In this document: piece by piece, positions 45,582 through 55,988 of the stretch
Layout: the number at the start of each line of letters is the position of its first letter
How positions within the stretch are numbered: position 1 is the first letter of the stretch
Source: Candidatus Cloacimonadales bacterium
GTDB lineage: Bacteria; Cloacimonadota; Cloacimonadia; Cloacimonadales; DAONDQ01
Assembly (NCBI GenBank): GCA_963662275.1
Contig: OY759316.1
Coordinates: 2,944,001-3,008,000, forward strand
DNA length: 64,000 bases
Reading direction: 5' to 3'
The notes under the pieces: generated by a model
Told to the model about the DNA's origin: nothing
What the model saw: only the letters and a program-made list of their open reading frames with translations
The model's database searches: none
Translations under genes and position numbers: made by a program

Positions 45582-47442
45582 GAGACTGTTCATGAAGTTA
45601 TTCATAATATTCAATAAGTTAGAAAGTAGCAAGTTGAAAAAAGTGGTCGAAACGGTCATAATTTAACATACCTTCCAGAATTGACAGATAAGCTCTGCTA
45701 AGGACACCAAATCACAAGTTAAGCTTTTTGACTAAAATTGAAAAACACGCGATTATAAGTAATGTTTCGAAGCCGTTTCTGACTAAATGTGTAGTTAAAA
45801 TCATATAAAATAGTTCTTTACAAGTTTTTTGCTATAGCTTCAATGGCATTTGTTACCTGGTAACAAAAGGGAGGATATTATGACAAAAAAACACTCCAAT
45901 TCAAGAAGCGGTAAGTGTTAGTCATGAAAGTAACCAATACCATGTAAGTATTAACGTACCATTTTCATTCACTTTGCCTGAGACAACATCAAACCACAAG
46001 TTCTTAATAGCGTTTCTACGCTTATTAGTAGGAATAGGCGGAGACAACCTCCTTACACTTCAGCAAATAGCTGATCTGTTTAACTACGCAGACCGCAGGA
46101 ATGTACATAATTTCTGGCAAGAGTTTGAGCAGCATGGTCATGATATCCTGGCATATTTAAGCCGGAAAGTTGACCTGCTGGAGTGTATTCCTCAGATCGA
46201 GAATTTTGTTATCAATAACCTGCTTTTACCTTTAAATGTCATGTATCAGGAGTTCATCAGCCATCATGATTTTAAAATGTCCTATACCACTTTCTGCAAA
46301 TATGCTTCTCAGGTCAATTCTCTGTCTGTAGTTAAGCAAGCTCAGAAGCTTCTTCTGAAAAAGACAGTAGGCGGTGATGCTGTACATCTGCTGAAACTGC
46401 TTGCCGGTCAGCAGAATACACCTGTTATCTGTGACAGACTCCTGGAACAAATGAAGACTGCTAAAGGCAATACATCCCATAGAACCGCCGATGCAAAGCC
46501 GTTCCATAGTCTGGAACGCAAGAACCTGTGTCTGCTGGTACATTACCTGGTTGGAAGCGGTATGAACTTCGAGACGATAGCTTTGCTGCTCAACACCTGT
46601 AAAGCTACAGTCTCAAATCTCTGGCATGAAATCGCTGACCTGCAGAGCCTGATTCTGAACTCAATCGGTAAGTGGAGCGGAAAGATCAGCATTGATGAGA
46701 AATATGTGAAGATCAAAGGTATTCCGTACTATGTCATCAGTATTGTTGATTTTGTGACTCACATCCCTCTGTTTTGTGAGTTGTATCCTGACACAAAGAA
46801 AGAATCATTCGAAGCATGTTTCAGAACCTTCAGACAGCTCTACAGGAAAGATCCAACCCTGATTGTCAGTGATGGCAGTAAATCGTTAGCAGTTGCAAGA
46901 AAAACAGTGTTTCCAAAAGTCCATTACCAACTCTGTAAGTTCCATAAGATACGAAATCTCTTCAAAAGAATCAGTCAATGTCATCTCCCTGAAGACAGGG
47001 ACAAGTTCTTTAAGAAGAGGATTATGAAAGCTTTCCGAAGAGAAACGGCGGGCGGAAGGAAAAAGGGTATCGCAAGCCTGACAGCTATTACTCCCCCAAC
47101 CGCCGCCGAATACATCAAAAGCAATATCATTAGTGATTGGAGACACCTCAGCAAAGGTTTGACTTCCAATGTCTCTGAACGCTGGAACCGCAAAATCAAG
47201 AAGGTGACATCCGGTAGATTTGGACTAAAATCTGAAGAAACCACCCGCAACCTTGTGTTTTCGCTTTGGTTCAAAGAACTGGTCGATAAAGGTCAACCAA
47301 TCATGCGTCAGGAATCACTTTTAGCAAGTTTAAATATCTCCCGCATATGTCAAGAAAATGTGGATTGGTCGCACTTAGACCACTTTTTCTCTGTCACTAC
47401 CAATAAGGCTGCGTAAAATGGAGGTTAATTTTGAACAGTCTC
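45582..47442 (+). mobile_element. Complete insertion sequence (1861 bp), DDE type
   Basis: Terminal inverted repeats GAGACTGTTCA (45582-45592) and TGAACAGTCTC (47432-47442); flanking direct repeat ACAAGCT at 45575-45581 and 47443-47449. Confidence 0.92.
45974..47416 (+). CDS. DDE transposase; true start probably 45880 through a frameshift
   Basis: SIDEKYVKIKG, IVSDG, QLCKFH (CxxH), TSNVSERWN; HTH-like segments in the N-terminal part. Confidence 0.88.
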   Translation: MPETTSNHKFLIAFLRLLVGIGGDNLLTLQQIADLFNYADRRNVHNFWQEFEQHGHDILAYLSRKVDLLECIPQIENFVINNLLLPLNVMYQEFISHHDFKMSYTTFCKYASQVNSLSVVKQAQKLLLKKTVGGDAVHLLKLLAGQQNTPVICDRLLEQMKTAKGNTSHRTADAKPFHSLERKNLCLLVHYLVGSGMNFETIALLLNTCKATVSNLWHEIADLQSLILNSIGKWSGKISIDEKYVKIKGIPYYVISIVDFVTHIPLFCELYPDTKKESFEACFRTFRQLYRKDPTLIVSDGSKSLAVARKTVFPKVHYQLCKFHKIRNLFKRISQCHLPEDRDKFFKKRIMKAFRRETAGGRKKGIASLTAITPPTAAEYIKSNIISDWRHLSKGLTSNVSERWNRKIKKVTSGRFGLKSEETTRNLVFSLWFKELVDKGQPIMRQESLLASLNISRICQENVDWSHLDHFFSVTTNKAA

Positions 47443-47514
47443 ACAAGCTTCTGCTCTTCATCCCCCATTTTTGTCTTGACATTCTACCGTTCAAAATTGA
47501 AGTAGTTTTAACAT

Positions 47515-47591
47515 GCGCCCATAGCTCAATTGGATAGAGCATCTGACTACGGATCAGAAGGTTTGGGGTTCGAGTCCCTTTGGGCGTGCCA
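47515..47591 (+). tRNA. tRNA-Arg(ACG)
   Basis: GCGCCCATAGCTCAATTGGATAGAGC...CTACGGA...TTCGAGT...GGGCGTGCCA. Confidence 0.97.
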
Positions 47592-47595
47592 TTTT

Positions 47596-47619
47596 AGCCG
47601 GCATGTGCCGGCTTTTTTT
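47596..47619 (+). terminator. Intrinsic terminator after tRNA-Arg
   Basis: AGCCGGCA-TG-TGCCGGCT followed by a T tract. Confidence 0.85.
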
Positions 47620-47640
47620 ATTTGAGAGGATATTGTAATC

Positions 47641-48648
47641 ATGGAGCATAATCATCAGTTGATGACGGAAAATACAGAATGTCACAATTTCAAGATAGGA
47701 AAATTTCCTTTCCTGGTCTATTATCATACTGTATCAGACAGACATCTGCCTCATCTTCGATATTTAATCCACATGAAGACATCCAAGGAACTTGAAACGG
47801 ATCTGGACTACCTGGGAAAGCATTTTAAGTTCATCACGCTTGCTCAATTCCAAGTTTTACTAGAGAATGGACAACAATCTGGAAAACGAAAATTAGTTCT
47901 TACGTTTGATGATGGCTACAGTGAAGTGTCCGATATCGTACAGCCATTGTTGATTAAAAAAGGAATTCCAGCAGCTTTCTTTGTCCCAAGTCGTTTTCTT
48001 GATAATAAGGACATGTTTTATCGCTGTAAAGTCAGTATTATTCGGAATTTTATAGCTACACACACTCTTTCTGAGTCATTATTACATAAACTATCTGAAA
48101 CTCTCCATAAACCTTTATCATCAAAATACGACTTAATACGCTTTTTAGTGTCTCTTTGTTATGACAATTCAGGACTAGTCAATTGTATTTCAGAGATCAT
48201 GGGAATTGATTTCAACCAATATCTGGAGAAATATCATCCCTATTTATCCCACGAGCAGATATATTCACTTCTTGCTTGTGGATTTGAAATCGGTGCTCAT
48301 TCAATGGATCATCCTTTCTATGGGAAAATCGCACTGGAAGAGCAACTGAGACAAACATCAACGTCCATGGATTTCATACAACATACTTTTAAATTACCAT
48401 ATCGATATTTTGCCCTTCCCCACTCTGATGTAGGAGTTTCAGCAGAATTTTATTACCATGTGAGGAAAAATGTTGATCTGCTGCTAGGGGGATATGGATT
48501 GAACTCGTATCCGCAATATCATTACTTTCAACGCTTTAGTATTGAAAAGTATGGAATTAGTCCATCTATTGCCTGGAAAATAGAAGCTACAAAAGTTCTT
48601 CTAAAGAAATCTATTTATCCTTCCTTTTCCATAAATAAAAACAGCTAA
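47641..48648 (+). CDS. Polysaccharide deacetylase (CE4/NodB family)
   Basis: YYH, LTFDDGY, EIGAHSMDHP, FALP. Confidence 0.85.
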   Translation: MEHNHQLMTENTECHNFKIGKFPFLVYYHTVSDRHLPHLRYLIHMKTSKELETDLDYLGKHFKFITLAQFQVLLENGQQSGKRKLVLTFDDGYSEVSDIVQPLLIKKGIPAAFFVPSRFLDNKDMFYRCKVSIIRNFIATHTLSESLLHKLSETLHKPLSSKYDLIRFLVSLCYDNSGLVNCISEIMGIDFNQYLEKYHPYLSHEQIYSLLACGFEIGAHSMDHPFYGKIALEEQLRQTSTSMDFIQHTFKLPYRYFALPHSDVGVSAEFYYHVRKNVDLLLGGYGLNSYPQYHYFQRFSIEKYGISPSIAWKIEATKVLLKKSIYPSFSINKNS

Positions 48649-48770
48649 TAATGCATATCATTAGTATCTAGAAGCTTATGCTGATTTGATTAACTATTAT
48701 TTCTTTTGTTAAAATTAGTTCTTAATGAAATGGATTGATTTGTGCATTTAAACACGTTAGAGGGGAAAAA

Positions 48771-51719
48771 ATGCGAATTCAATCTAAGATATTAATCCTG
48801 GTTATAATTTTTCTTTGTGTCTTTCTTCTATTCTTACTCGTCTATACATATAGTCAGAGTCATGTTAAAGACATGCTTATACAAAGTGATAAATTTCAGA
48901 AGGAAAACTTTATCAGTTCAATTCTATATTTGCAGCAAGACCAATTCAATAGGATCAGGAACGATGAATTCAAGGGTAATGCAGCAGCAACATCAATTCT
49001 CTCAGCGAATCGGGAATGGCTTAATCAAAATATCAACCCCTTACTCACTTCAGACGCCATCGATTGTGTTTGGTTGTATGATATGTCAGGGAAGCTTATC
49101 TATTTCACATCTAAAAATAATCATGATAATCTAAAAGACACCGGATTTCCTGAGAAGGATTTCGATTCCATATTTTTACCGACAGATAATTACTATCATA
49201 AATATACGACTGCAGGTTTCATGGTATACAGTGGTATGATCATATCAGATAATACCATTAGTATCTTAGACAGTAAAACAAAGTGTTATTTGATCATAGG
49301 TAAATTATGGGATCATGAATTCTTTGCAGATTTGGGACGTAGAATAGGTTATGAAATCAATTTGGTTCCTTATGATAAGAATATGAAACAGTCTGGAAAA
49401 CTATTGAGAGATATTGCTGAGGACAAGATATCAATCAATCTATCTGATGAAAACAAAAAAATAATTGCAATTCTTGAATTTACTCGTGTTAATCAGTTAC
49501 TCAGCCGTTTTGATGAATTATCACTCAGAACAATCCTATATTTTTTCCTAATTGCTGGACTCATGACTCTAATTTCATTGTTCTTACTAAAAAAGTGGAT
49601 CAACACTCCCCTTAAATGGATATCTAATAGTCTAAGATCAAACGATCCTGCGTTATTATCTAATCTTGAGAGAGATACAACCGAATTCGGTGAAATTGCT
49701 CAATTGGTAGATAATTTCTATTCGCAAAAACAAATGCTCGAAAACGAAATGGATGAACGCAAGACAGTAGAAATTATCCTCAGAAAAAGTGAAGAGAAGA
49801 ATCACGCTTTACTAAAGGCAATTCCTGATTATATGTTCATTATAGATGAAAATGGGGTTGTCATTGATTATAATAACCAACCCAATCAAATCACGAATTT
49901 GAAGATATCGGAGTTTCTGAATCAGAATATACGTGATATTCTTCCTTTATCTATTGCCCAAGAGGCATTACAAAATGAGCGAATGATCTTAGATAACAAA
50001 GAAACAGCTAATCAGGAATTTACGCTGGTAATTGATGGTGCCACCAGATACTTTGAAGCCCGTTTCGCCAAATGCAGCGATACCACTGTTCTGATCATGG
50101 TCAGAGATGTATCTGAGTTGAGAGCTTCTGAACGTGCCCTGCGTATGAGTGAAGAAATAAATCGTGCCATCGTTGAAGGCTCTCCCTTAGGTATTACTGT
50201 TCGAAGCAGTACAGGTAAACTACTAGTCTATAATCGAGCCTGGCGTAAAATATGGGCAATTCCTGATGAAATCATAGAATTTGATCTTTCCCAGAAACGG
50301 AATGAAATGCATTTTGATACTCGTGATGATTATTTGAATAAATGGCAGGAAGCAGTAAAGGAGATATATGCAAAGGGAGGAACACTTTACATACCGGAAG
50401 CCAAAACCCTTGGACGCCGTCCTGGTTCAGCGGAATGGATTGCCCAGTATTTTTATGCAATTATGGATCAGAAAAATAATGTCGATCGGGTTGTCATTAT
50501 CACTGAGGATATTTCGGCTCGAAAACGCTCACAAGTGGAATTACTTACAGCAAAGGAACAGGCAGAAGATGCCAGCCGTGCAAAAACTGTATTTTTAGCC
50601 AATATGAGCCATGAAATGCGAACGCCTTTGAACGGCATTCTCGGAATGACCCAACTAATCATAAAGCGTGATGTACAAAATGAAAACTATGAGCAGATGC
50701 ATATTATTCAATCATCTGCACAGGTACTCCTGCAATTGATTACCCAAATACTCGATTATTCAAAATTAGAAGCAGAAAATCTGAAAATGGAAATAACAGA
50801 TTTTTCTATCTATGCTCTAATGGCGGAAATTCAGAAGAAATATCGCAGTATCGCTCTCAAGAAAAATATCGCTGTTGAAATCAATATAGACCCTGCAGTT
50901 CCAGGTTTGATAACATCCGATGCAAAAAGAATTTCACAAGTTATCTCGAACTTAGTGGACAACGGAATCAAGTTTTCAAGTGAAGGCTCTGTCATGTGCA
51001 CTGTTCGCGTTGAAAAGGGAATCTCAGATGTCGTCATGCTTCATGTCATAGTTACTGATCATGGTATTGGTATTCCAGCAGATAAACATGAGCAGATATT
51101 TAAATCTTTCATGCAAAATGGTGGTGACCCGAATTTATTTACAGGAAGCACTGGTTTGGGTTTGGCAATCTGCAAACGAGTTATTGAACATTTGAATGGA
51201 AATATCTGGCTCGAAAGCGAAGTTGGAAAAGGTGCTTCTTTCCATTTTGTTGTTCCAGTTTCAGTCATGGATAACCATCTTCAAACCCCTGATTTCTCAC
51301 ATGTATCAGAACCTGTTGCAGAAATAAAAAAATCCAATCAATTAAGAATTATTGTAGCAGAAGATAATCTGATCAATCAGAAAGTGTTGATGAAAATTCT
51401 GGAGAAATTGGGACATACTGTTGGTTTAGCATTAGATGGAAAACAGGCAATCGCTTTTTGGAAAGAGGATACTTATGATCTTATTCTGATGGATATCCAA
51501 ATGCCTGAGATGAATGGAATTGAAGCAACTTTACATATCCGTGAACATGAAAAGGTAACCGGTGCCCACATTCCAATCATTGCTGTTACAGCTTATGCAA
51601 TGGTAGGAGATAAAGAGAAATTCCTTGTCGCAGGGATGGATGAATACATTCCAAAACCTATCAATGTGAATCAATTGAATGAGATTCTGCTGAAGATAAT
51701 CGCGTGGAAGAAGAGTTAA
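48771..51719 (+). CDS. Hybrid sensor histidine kinase (periplasmic sensor, two PAS domains, HisKA/HATPase, receiver)
   Basis: Two TM helices; [40 protein letters not shown]...MDIQMP...KP. Start moved to ATG 48771. Confidence 0.93.
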   Translation: MRIQSKILILVIIFLCVFLLFLLVYTYSQSHVKDMLIQSDKFQKENFISSILYLQQDQFNRIRNDEFKGNAAATSILSANREWLNQNINPLLTSDAIDCVWLYDMSGKLIYFTSKNNHDNLKDTGFPEKDFDSIFLPTDNYYHKYTTAGFMVYSGMIISDNTISILDSKTKCYLIIGKLWDHEFFADLGRRIGYEINLVPYDKNMKQSGKLLRDIAEDKISINLSDENKKIIAILEFTRVNQLLSRFDELSLRTILYFFLIAGLMTLISLFLLKKWINTPLKWISNSLRSNDPALLSNLERDTTEFGEIAQLVDNFYSQKQMLENEMDERKTVEIILRKSEEKNHALLKAIPDYMFIIDENGVVIDYNNQPNQITNLKISEFLNQNIRDILPLSIAQEALQNERMILDNKETANQEFTLVIDGATRYFEARFAKCSDTTVLIMVRDVSELRASERALRMSEEINRAIVEGSPLGITVRSSTGKLLVYNRAWRKIWAIPDEIIEFDLSQKRNEMHFDTRDDYLNKWQEAVKEIYAKGGTLYIPEAKTLGRRPGSAEWIAQYFYAIMDQKNNVDRVVIITEDISARKRSQVELLTAKEQAEDASRAKTVFLANMSHEMRTPLNGILGMTQLIIKRDVQNENYEQMHIIQSSAQVLLQLITQILDYSKLEAENLKMEITDFSIYALMAEIQKKYRSIALKKNIAVEINIDPAVPGLITSDAKRISQVISNLVDNGIKFSSEGSVMCTVRVEKGISDVVMLHVIVTDHGIGIPADKHEQIFKSFMQNGGDPNLFTGSTGLGLAICKRVIEHLNGNIWLESEVGKGASFHFVVPVSVMDNHLQTPDFSHVSEPVAEIKKSNQLRIIVAEDNLINQKVLMKILEKLGHTVGLALDGKQAIAFWKEDTYDLILMDIQMPEMNGIEATLHIREHEKVTGAHIPIIAVTAYAMVGDKEKFLVAGMDEYIPKPINVNQLNEILLKIIAWKKS

Positions 51720-53526
51720 TTTGTTTCAATTGAGCCAGGATAGTTTTAGCAAGTTTAAGTCCAATACCTTTGATACCAGCAAGTTCTTCAGGAGTTGCCT
51801 GACTGATTATCGATACAGAACCAAATTCTTTTAAAAGCAGGAACTTGGTCTTCTCTCCAATTCCTTTTATCTGATCTAAATCACTGGTTAATGTCCTGGA
51901 AGATCTTCTCTGCCTATGGAATGTGACTGCAAAACGATGTGCTTCATCTCTGATATTTGTAAGCAATCGCAAAGCAGAAGATGAGCGAGGTAAAATAATC
52001 GATTGGGATTGACCCGGGATAAATATCTCTTCAATTCTCTTTGCCAGCGACATCATTAGAATATCAGGAAGCTCAAATCTCTTCAAAATTGAATAAGCTG
52101 CGCTCAATTGCCCCTTTCCCCCATCAATGATGATCAGATCAGGTTTATCATTCTCATTCTCAATCACATGCTTCAAATAACGTTCTAAAGTTTCTGCAAG
52201 AGATGCAAAATCATCCTGTCCAACTACTGTTTTAATGATAAAACGGCGATATTGCTTTTTCAATGGCTTGCCATTTTCAAAGAAAATGCCTGAGGCAACA
52301 GTATCTGTTCCCTGGATTGTGGAAATATCAAAACAAACTATTTTACGAGGTAGCTTAGGTAAATTCAGTTTATCCTTCAACTCCTGTACAGGAAAGACAG
52401 TACGATGTGTTTTTCTCAAATGGGACAGCTTTTGTTCTTCCACATAGTTATAAGCATTCTGACGTGCCATTGTGATCAATTGATTCTTTTCACCACGTTG
52501 AGGCAGTAATATTCTTTTATGAAGCCATTCATTGAGAACTTTAAAATCATCAGGTTCCACTTGTAGCAGAATATCATGCGGAAGATCATCCACGTTTGTG
52601 TAGTATTGCCCAAGAAATGCAGCCATCAATTCTGATGGTGCAGCGTCTTCGATTTGTGTGAGAGGATACAGTTCCTTGTTAATCAGTTTTCCTGCCCGCA
52701 TCTTTAAGACTACCATGGCACCCAGGTTTTCTTCCTGGTAAAAACCAATAATATCACGGTTCTTTTCATCTGTAAAATACATGGTTTGTGTATTTTGTAT
52801 CTTTTCCAATTCGCGGATACGATCCCGTACTTTGGCAGCTTCTTCAAACTTCATTTCTGTTGATAAACGCTGCATTTCATCCTTCATCTCTTCAATAATG
52901 ACAGTATGCCTGCCAGTAAGAAAATTGATGATTTGAAGAACGATCCTGCGGTATTCTTTCATGCTTATCTTTCCGACACATGGAGCTGTACAGATTCCGA
53001 GTTGATAATTAATACAGGCACGTTCGTATTGTGGAGATCCATCATTGATGATACGTTTGCAATTACGGATGGGAAATATCCATTCCATGGAACGAAGGGT
53101 ACGACGCAAGTATTTTACATCTGTATAAGGTCCAAAGTATTTTGCTCCATCTTTCATTAAAGTACGTGTGATAACAACCCTTGGAAATGCTTCCTGCATT
53201 GTAATACAGATAAATGGATAGCGTTTGTCATCTTTCAGAAGGATGTTATATTTGGGTCTGTGCTTTTTTATCAGATTAGCTTCAAGCGCAAATGCTTCTG
53301 CTTCCGTATTAGTGATGATGTAATCAAGATCAAAGATGTGCTCCACCAAGCGTTTTGTTTTACGATCAACAGGAGAGCCTGTTAGATAAGAACGTACCCG
53401 ATACTTGAGGTTTAATGCCTTTCCGACATAGATGATCTTTTTCTTTTCATCGTGCCAAAGATATACTCCTGGCTTATCAGGCAATAGTTGGAGCTTATCC
53501 TTTAATGCCTGTGAAATTTCTGCCAT
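51661..53526 (-). CDS. uvrC: Excinuclease ABC subunit C
   Basis: LPDKPGVY, YVGKA, PKYNILLKDDK, FDIST, IDGGKGQL, RDEAHRFA, HhH tail. Confidence 0.98.
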   Translation of the reverse strand: MAEISQALKDKLQLLPDKPGVYLWHDEKKKIIYVGKALNLKYRVRSYLTGSPVDRKTKRLVEHIFDLDYIITNTEAEAFALEANLIKKHRPKYNILLKDDKRYPFICITMQEAFPRVVITRTLMKDGAKYFGPYTDVKYLRRTLRSMEWIFPIRNCKRIINDGSPQYERACINYQLGICTAPCVGKISMKEYRRIVLQIINFLTGRHTVIIEEMKDEMQRLSTEMKFEEAAKVRDRIRELEKIQNTQTMYFTDEKNRDIIGFYQEENLGAMVVLKMRAGKLINKELYPLTQIEDAAPSELMAAFLGQYYTNVDDLPHDILLQVEPDDFKVLNEWLHKRILLPQRGEKNQLITMARQNAYNYVEEQKLSHLRKTHRTVFPVQELKDKLNLPKLPRKIVCFDISTIQGTDTVASGIFFENGKPLKKQYRRFIIKTVVGQDDFASLAETLERYLKHVIENENDKPDLIIIDGGKGQLSAAYSILKRFELPDILMMSLAKRIEEIFIPGQSQSIILPRSSSALRLLTNIRDEAHRFAVTFHRQRRSSRTLTSDLDQIKGIGEKTKFLLLKEFGSVSIISQATPEELAGIKGIGLKLAKTILAQLKQINSSSTRLSSAESHSIDSH

Positions 53527-55064
53527 AAGTTCTTCCGTATCTGTTCACTGTAAGCAACTTTCCATGCACTTGCCCCAACCGCAAACACGATAAAGCTCAG
53601 TCCTGAGGCAAGAGTATCTTTGATCAGCAGTTGTATTCTGCTTTCATAAGAAAAAAATCGATTAATGATCATCAGCAAGGCAAATATGATGACTGAAAGA
53701 ACACCGATTTTAGCGATGTTATTCCAAATGTTCGTATACTTCACATCCGGCATCTGTTTCTTCATGAGACGAATAAGAATGATGTAGTTTACAATTGCCG
53801 TGATAGATGTAGCCAATGCCAAGCCCATATGAAAGAGAAATTGCATGAGAATGAAGTTCAAAGTGATATTCAATCCTGCCATCCAGGCAGCAACACGAAC
53901 TGGTGTTCGTGTGTCCTTATTGGCGTAAAAGACGGGTGTAATTGTTTGATTCAAACTAAAAAACAACAATCCCAGCGAATAAGCAGCCAAGGCTTTATAA
54001 GTCATCATAGAAGCGTTTTGATCAAACCGACCCATACGGAATAGGATATGAACGAAATCCTGTCCTAAAGCAAGGATTATTGCTGTGACAGGCAACATTA
54101 TGTAAGCCAGGGATATGGAAGCAAATCGAAGGCTATCCGATAATCCTTCCCAATTCTTTTCTGAAGTATATCTGGAAAAAAGAGGAAGAACGGCTGTTCC
54201 GGTTGCAATGGCAAAGATACCCAAAGGTAATTGCATCAGCCGATTCCCGAAACTCAATGCAGAGATAGAACCGATGGGTAAAAACGAAGCCATAAAGACA
54301 TCAGCATAGAGATTGATCTCACGAATACCAATTCCAACCATTGCCGGGATGAATCGCTTCCACATGATTGTCAGAGCTTCACCACTAAATCTGAGTATGA
54401 TTTTAAAATTATACCCGATTCTTTTCAAATACGGAAAGTTGATGATCGTTTGTAAAAAACCACCAAGAACAACACCCCAAGCTGCTTGGAAGATCAGTTC
54501 TGTATTCGGTATGGGACCAATCCAAACAGGTATCAATATCGTGGCAATCATGCCAATATTCCAAAGTGCTGAAGAGAGACCAGTCATAAAGAAATAATCA
54601 TGGGAATTCAGAATTGCAATCATCGTGGATGATAAACCGATAAAAAATAGGTAGGGAAAAATGATTCTGCATAATTTTACCGCTAATTCACTGGTTTGAA
54701 TTGGTAGACCAGGAGATATCAGCTTGATGATCAAAGGTGCAAATATTATCCCCACTAAAGTCAGGGCTAATAACACTGATGTCAATATGGAAAGAACATT
54801 CAGCGCGAATCGTATCTGTTCTTTCTTATTTTCCTTCATCCCGATTTCATTGTAGATAGGCACAAACGCAGCGGATAGTGCCCCTTCTCCAAATAAACGA
54901 CGCAGGAGATTTACAATGTTGAAGGATACATTGAAAGCATCATTGAGGTAGGTCGTACCAAAATAATAAGCCATAATCTGGTCGCGTACAAGCCCTAATA
55001 TCCTGCTGAAAAAGACAGCTATGGACATTACGCCAACATTACGTGCCAGTTTCTTTGTACTCAT
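53502..55064 (-). CDS. murJ: Lipid II flippase MurJ (MviN)
   Basis: SRILGLVRD, RRLFGEGALSAAFVP, RLMQLPLGIF. Confidence 0.96.
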   Translation of the reverse strand: MSTKKLARNVGVMSIAVFFSRILGLVRDQIMAYYFGTTYLNDAFNVSFNIVNLLRRLFGEGALSAAFVPIYNEIGMKENKKEQIRFALNVLSILTSVLLALTLVGIIFAPLIIKLISPGLPIQTSELAVKLCRIIFPYLFFIGLSSTMIAILNSHDYFFMTGLSSALWNIGMIATILIPVWIGPIPNTELIFQAAWGVVLGGFLQTIINFPYLKRIGYNFKIILRFSGEALTIMWKRFIPAMVGIGIREINLYADVFMASFLPIGSISALSFGNRLMQLPLGIFAIATGTAVLPLFSRYTSEKNWEGLSDSLRFASISLAYIMLPVTAIILALGQDFVHILFRMGRFDQNASMMTYKALAAYSLGLLFFSLNQTITPVFYANKDTRTPVRVAAWMAGLNITLNFILMQFLFHMGLALATSITAIVNYIILIRLMKKQMPDVKYTNIWNNIAKIGVLSVIIFALLMIINRFFSYESRIQLLIKDTLASGLSFIVFAVGASAWKVAYSEQIRKNLWQKFHRH

Positions 55065-55084
55065 TTTACCTCATTACTAAGTTC

Positions 55085-55213
55085 TGGAGTTCAAATTTCC
55101 ATCGAATCTACTACGACTTCTCAAGTAACAGGAAATTCGGACTTCAAAATCGACCTTTCATCATCGGTAGCGAAAACTCGTTTTCTGGGAAGTTCAAAAT
55201 CGACCTTTCATCC
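55085..55213. repeat. Modular intergenic repeat, locus 2 (left inverted arm)
   Basis: 55130-55167 is the exact 38-bp reverse complement of 55846-55883; internal duplication TTCAAAATCGACCTTTCATC at 55143 and 55193. Confidence 0.88.
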
Positions 55214-55244
55214 ATTGCATAATCCTTTTTATGATAATCTATTC

Positions 55245-55613
55245 TCAATACAGAATGTGTATCTTCTTTTTCCTTGTATCGTTCCGAATGATCAAACTGA
55301 TCTTCTCTGGCATACAAACAATAGGAGACTGATCTGACCAGCCTTGCTTGATGCACAGCTTATTCTTACAAGGTGAGTTCAGCATCCTGACTTTTCCATC
55401 TCTGGTTTCTGCCGTGCACCCGGGAAAGATTTCTATAACTTGATTCTTTGCCAATGAATATTCTGCAAGCAATATATTATTCCGATAAACTTCTACAGTT
55501 CCCTTCTTTCCCTGGTGTGGAAAGGCAAATATCATGGCGACAGCCACGATGATCAGGAAAATGACCAGTATTTTATCTGAGTTCGTGAGTTTCAGCCACA
55601 GGAGTTTTAGCAT
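55245..55613 (-). CDS. NusG domain II-like (DUF1312-type) membrane-anchored protein
   Basis: N-terminal TM; 'DGKVRMLNSPCKNKLCIKQGW...PIVCMPEKI' matches the family C..K.C...G....I.C.P motif. Confidence 0.85.
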   Translation of the reverse strand: MLKLLWLKLTNSDKILVIFLIIVAVAMIFAFPHQGKKGTVEVYRNNILLAEYSLAKNQVIEIFPGCTAETRDGKVRMLNSPCKNKLCIKQGWSDQSPIVCMPEKISLIIRNDTRKKKIHILY

Positions 55614-55630
55614 GGAACCTCATTCCGGTT

Positions 55631-55680
55631 CCCCTCACTTTTGATAAAGGGAGGGGTTAGGGGAGAGTTAGATTCTCTGC
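55631..55680. repeat. REP-like palindrome (copy 4)
   Basis: CCCCTCACTTTTGATAAAGGGAGGGGTTAGGGGAGAGTTAGATTCT. Confidence 0.8.
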
Positions 55681-55738
55681 TTTGAATCTGTTTATTTCGG
55701 TGCATCTCGATACGATTTCTCGTTTTTCGACTCAGGTT

Positions 55739-55930
55739 TTTGGAGTTCAATTGCCCTAACTGATTTTCAATGAATACCTTACTAAAAGGGCAAATGGACT
55801 TCAAAACCGAAAGATTTGAACTTCCCAAAAAAAAAGGTTTCGCTTCCGATGATGAAAGGTCGATTTTGAAGTCCGAATTTCCTATCAGTTGAGCTTTCGA
55901 AAAAGATACGAAGGAAATTTGAACTCCAAA
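55739..55930. repeat. Modular intergenic repeat, locus 3 (includes right inverted arm 55815-55928)
   Basis: Matches to 41698-41770 and 55085-55198 as described for loci 1 and 2. Confidence 0.88.
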
Positions 55931-55947
55931 CCTCTTCATACTCTGTT

Positions 55948-55974
55948 TTTCGTGTATTTCGTGTGTTTCGTGGT
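55948..55974. repeat. 9-bp tandem repeat TTTCGTG(TA/TG/GT) x3
   Basis: Seen directly; a single unit GTTTCGTGGTT also occurs at 33907. Confidence 0.75.
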
Positions 55975-55988
55975 TAATTTCTTCAATA

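Noticed and set aside
47515..51719. Genomic island integrated at tRNA-Arg or tRNA-Asp
   Set aside because: No integrase and no duplicated tRNA 3' end was found.
55085..55213. CRISPR interpretation of the modular repeat
   Set aside because: The constant part is only about 8 bp, the intervening units recur at other loci, and no cas genes are present.
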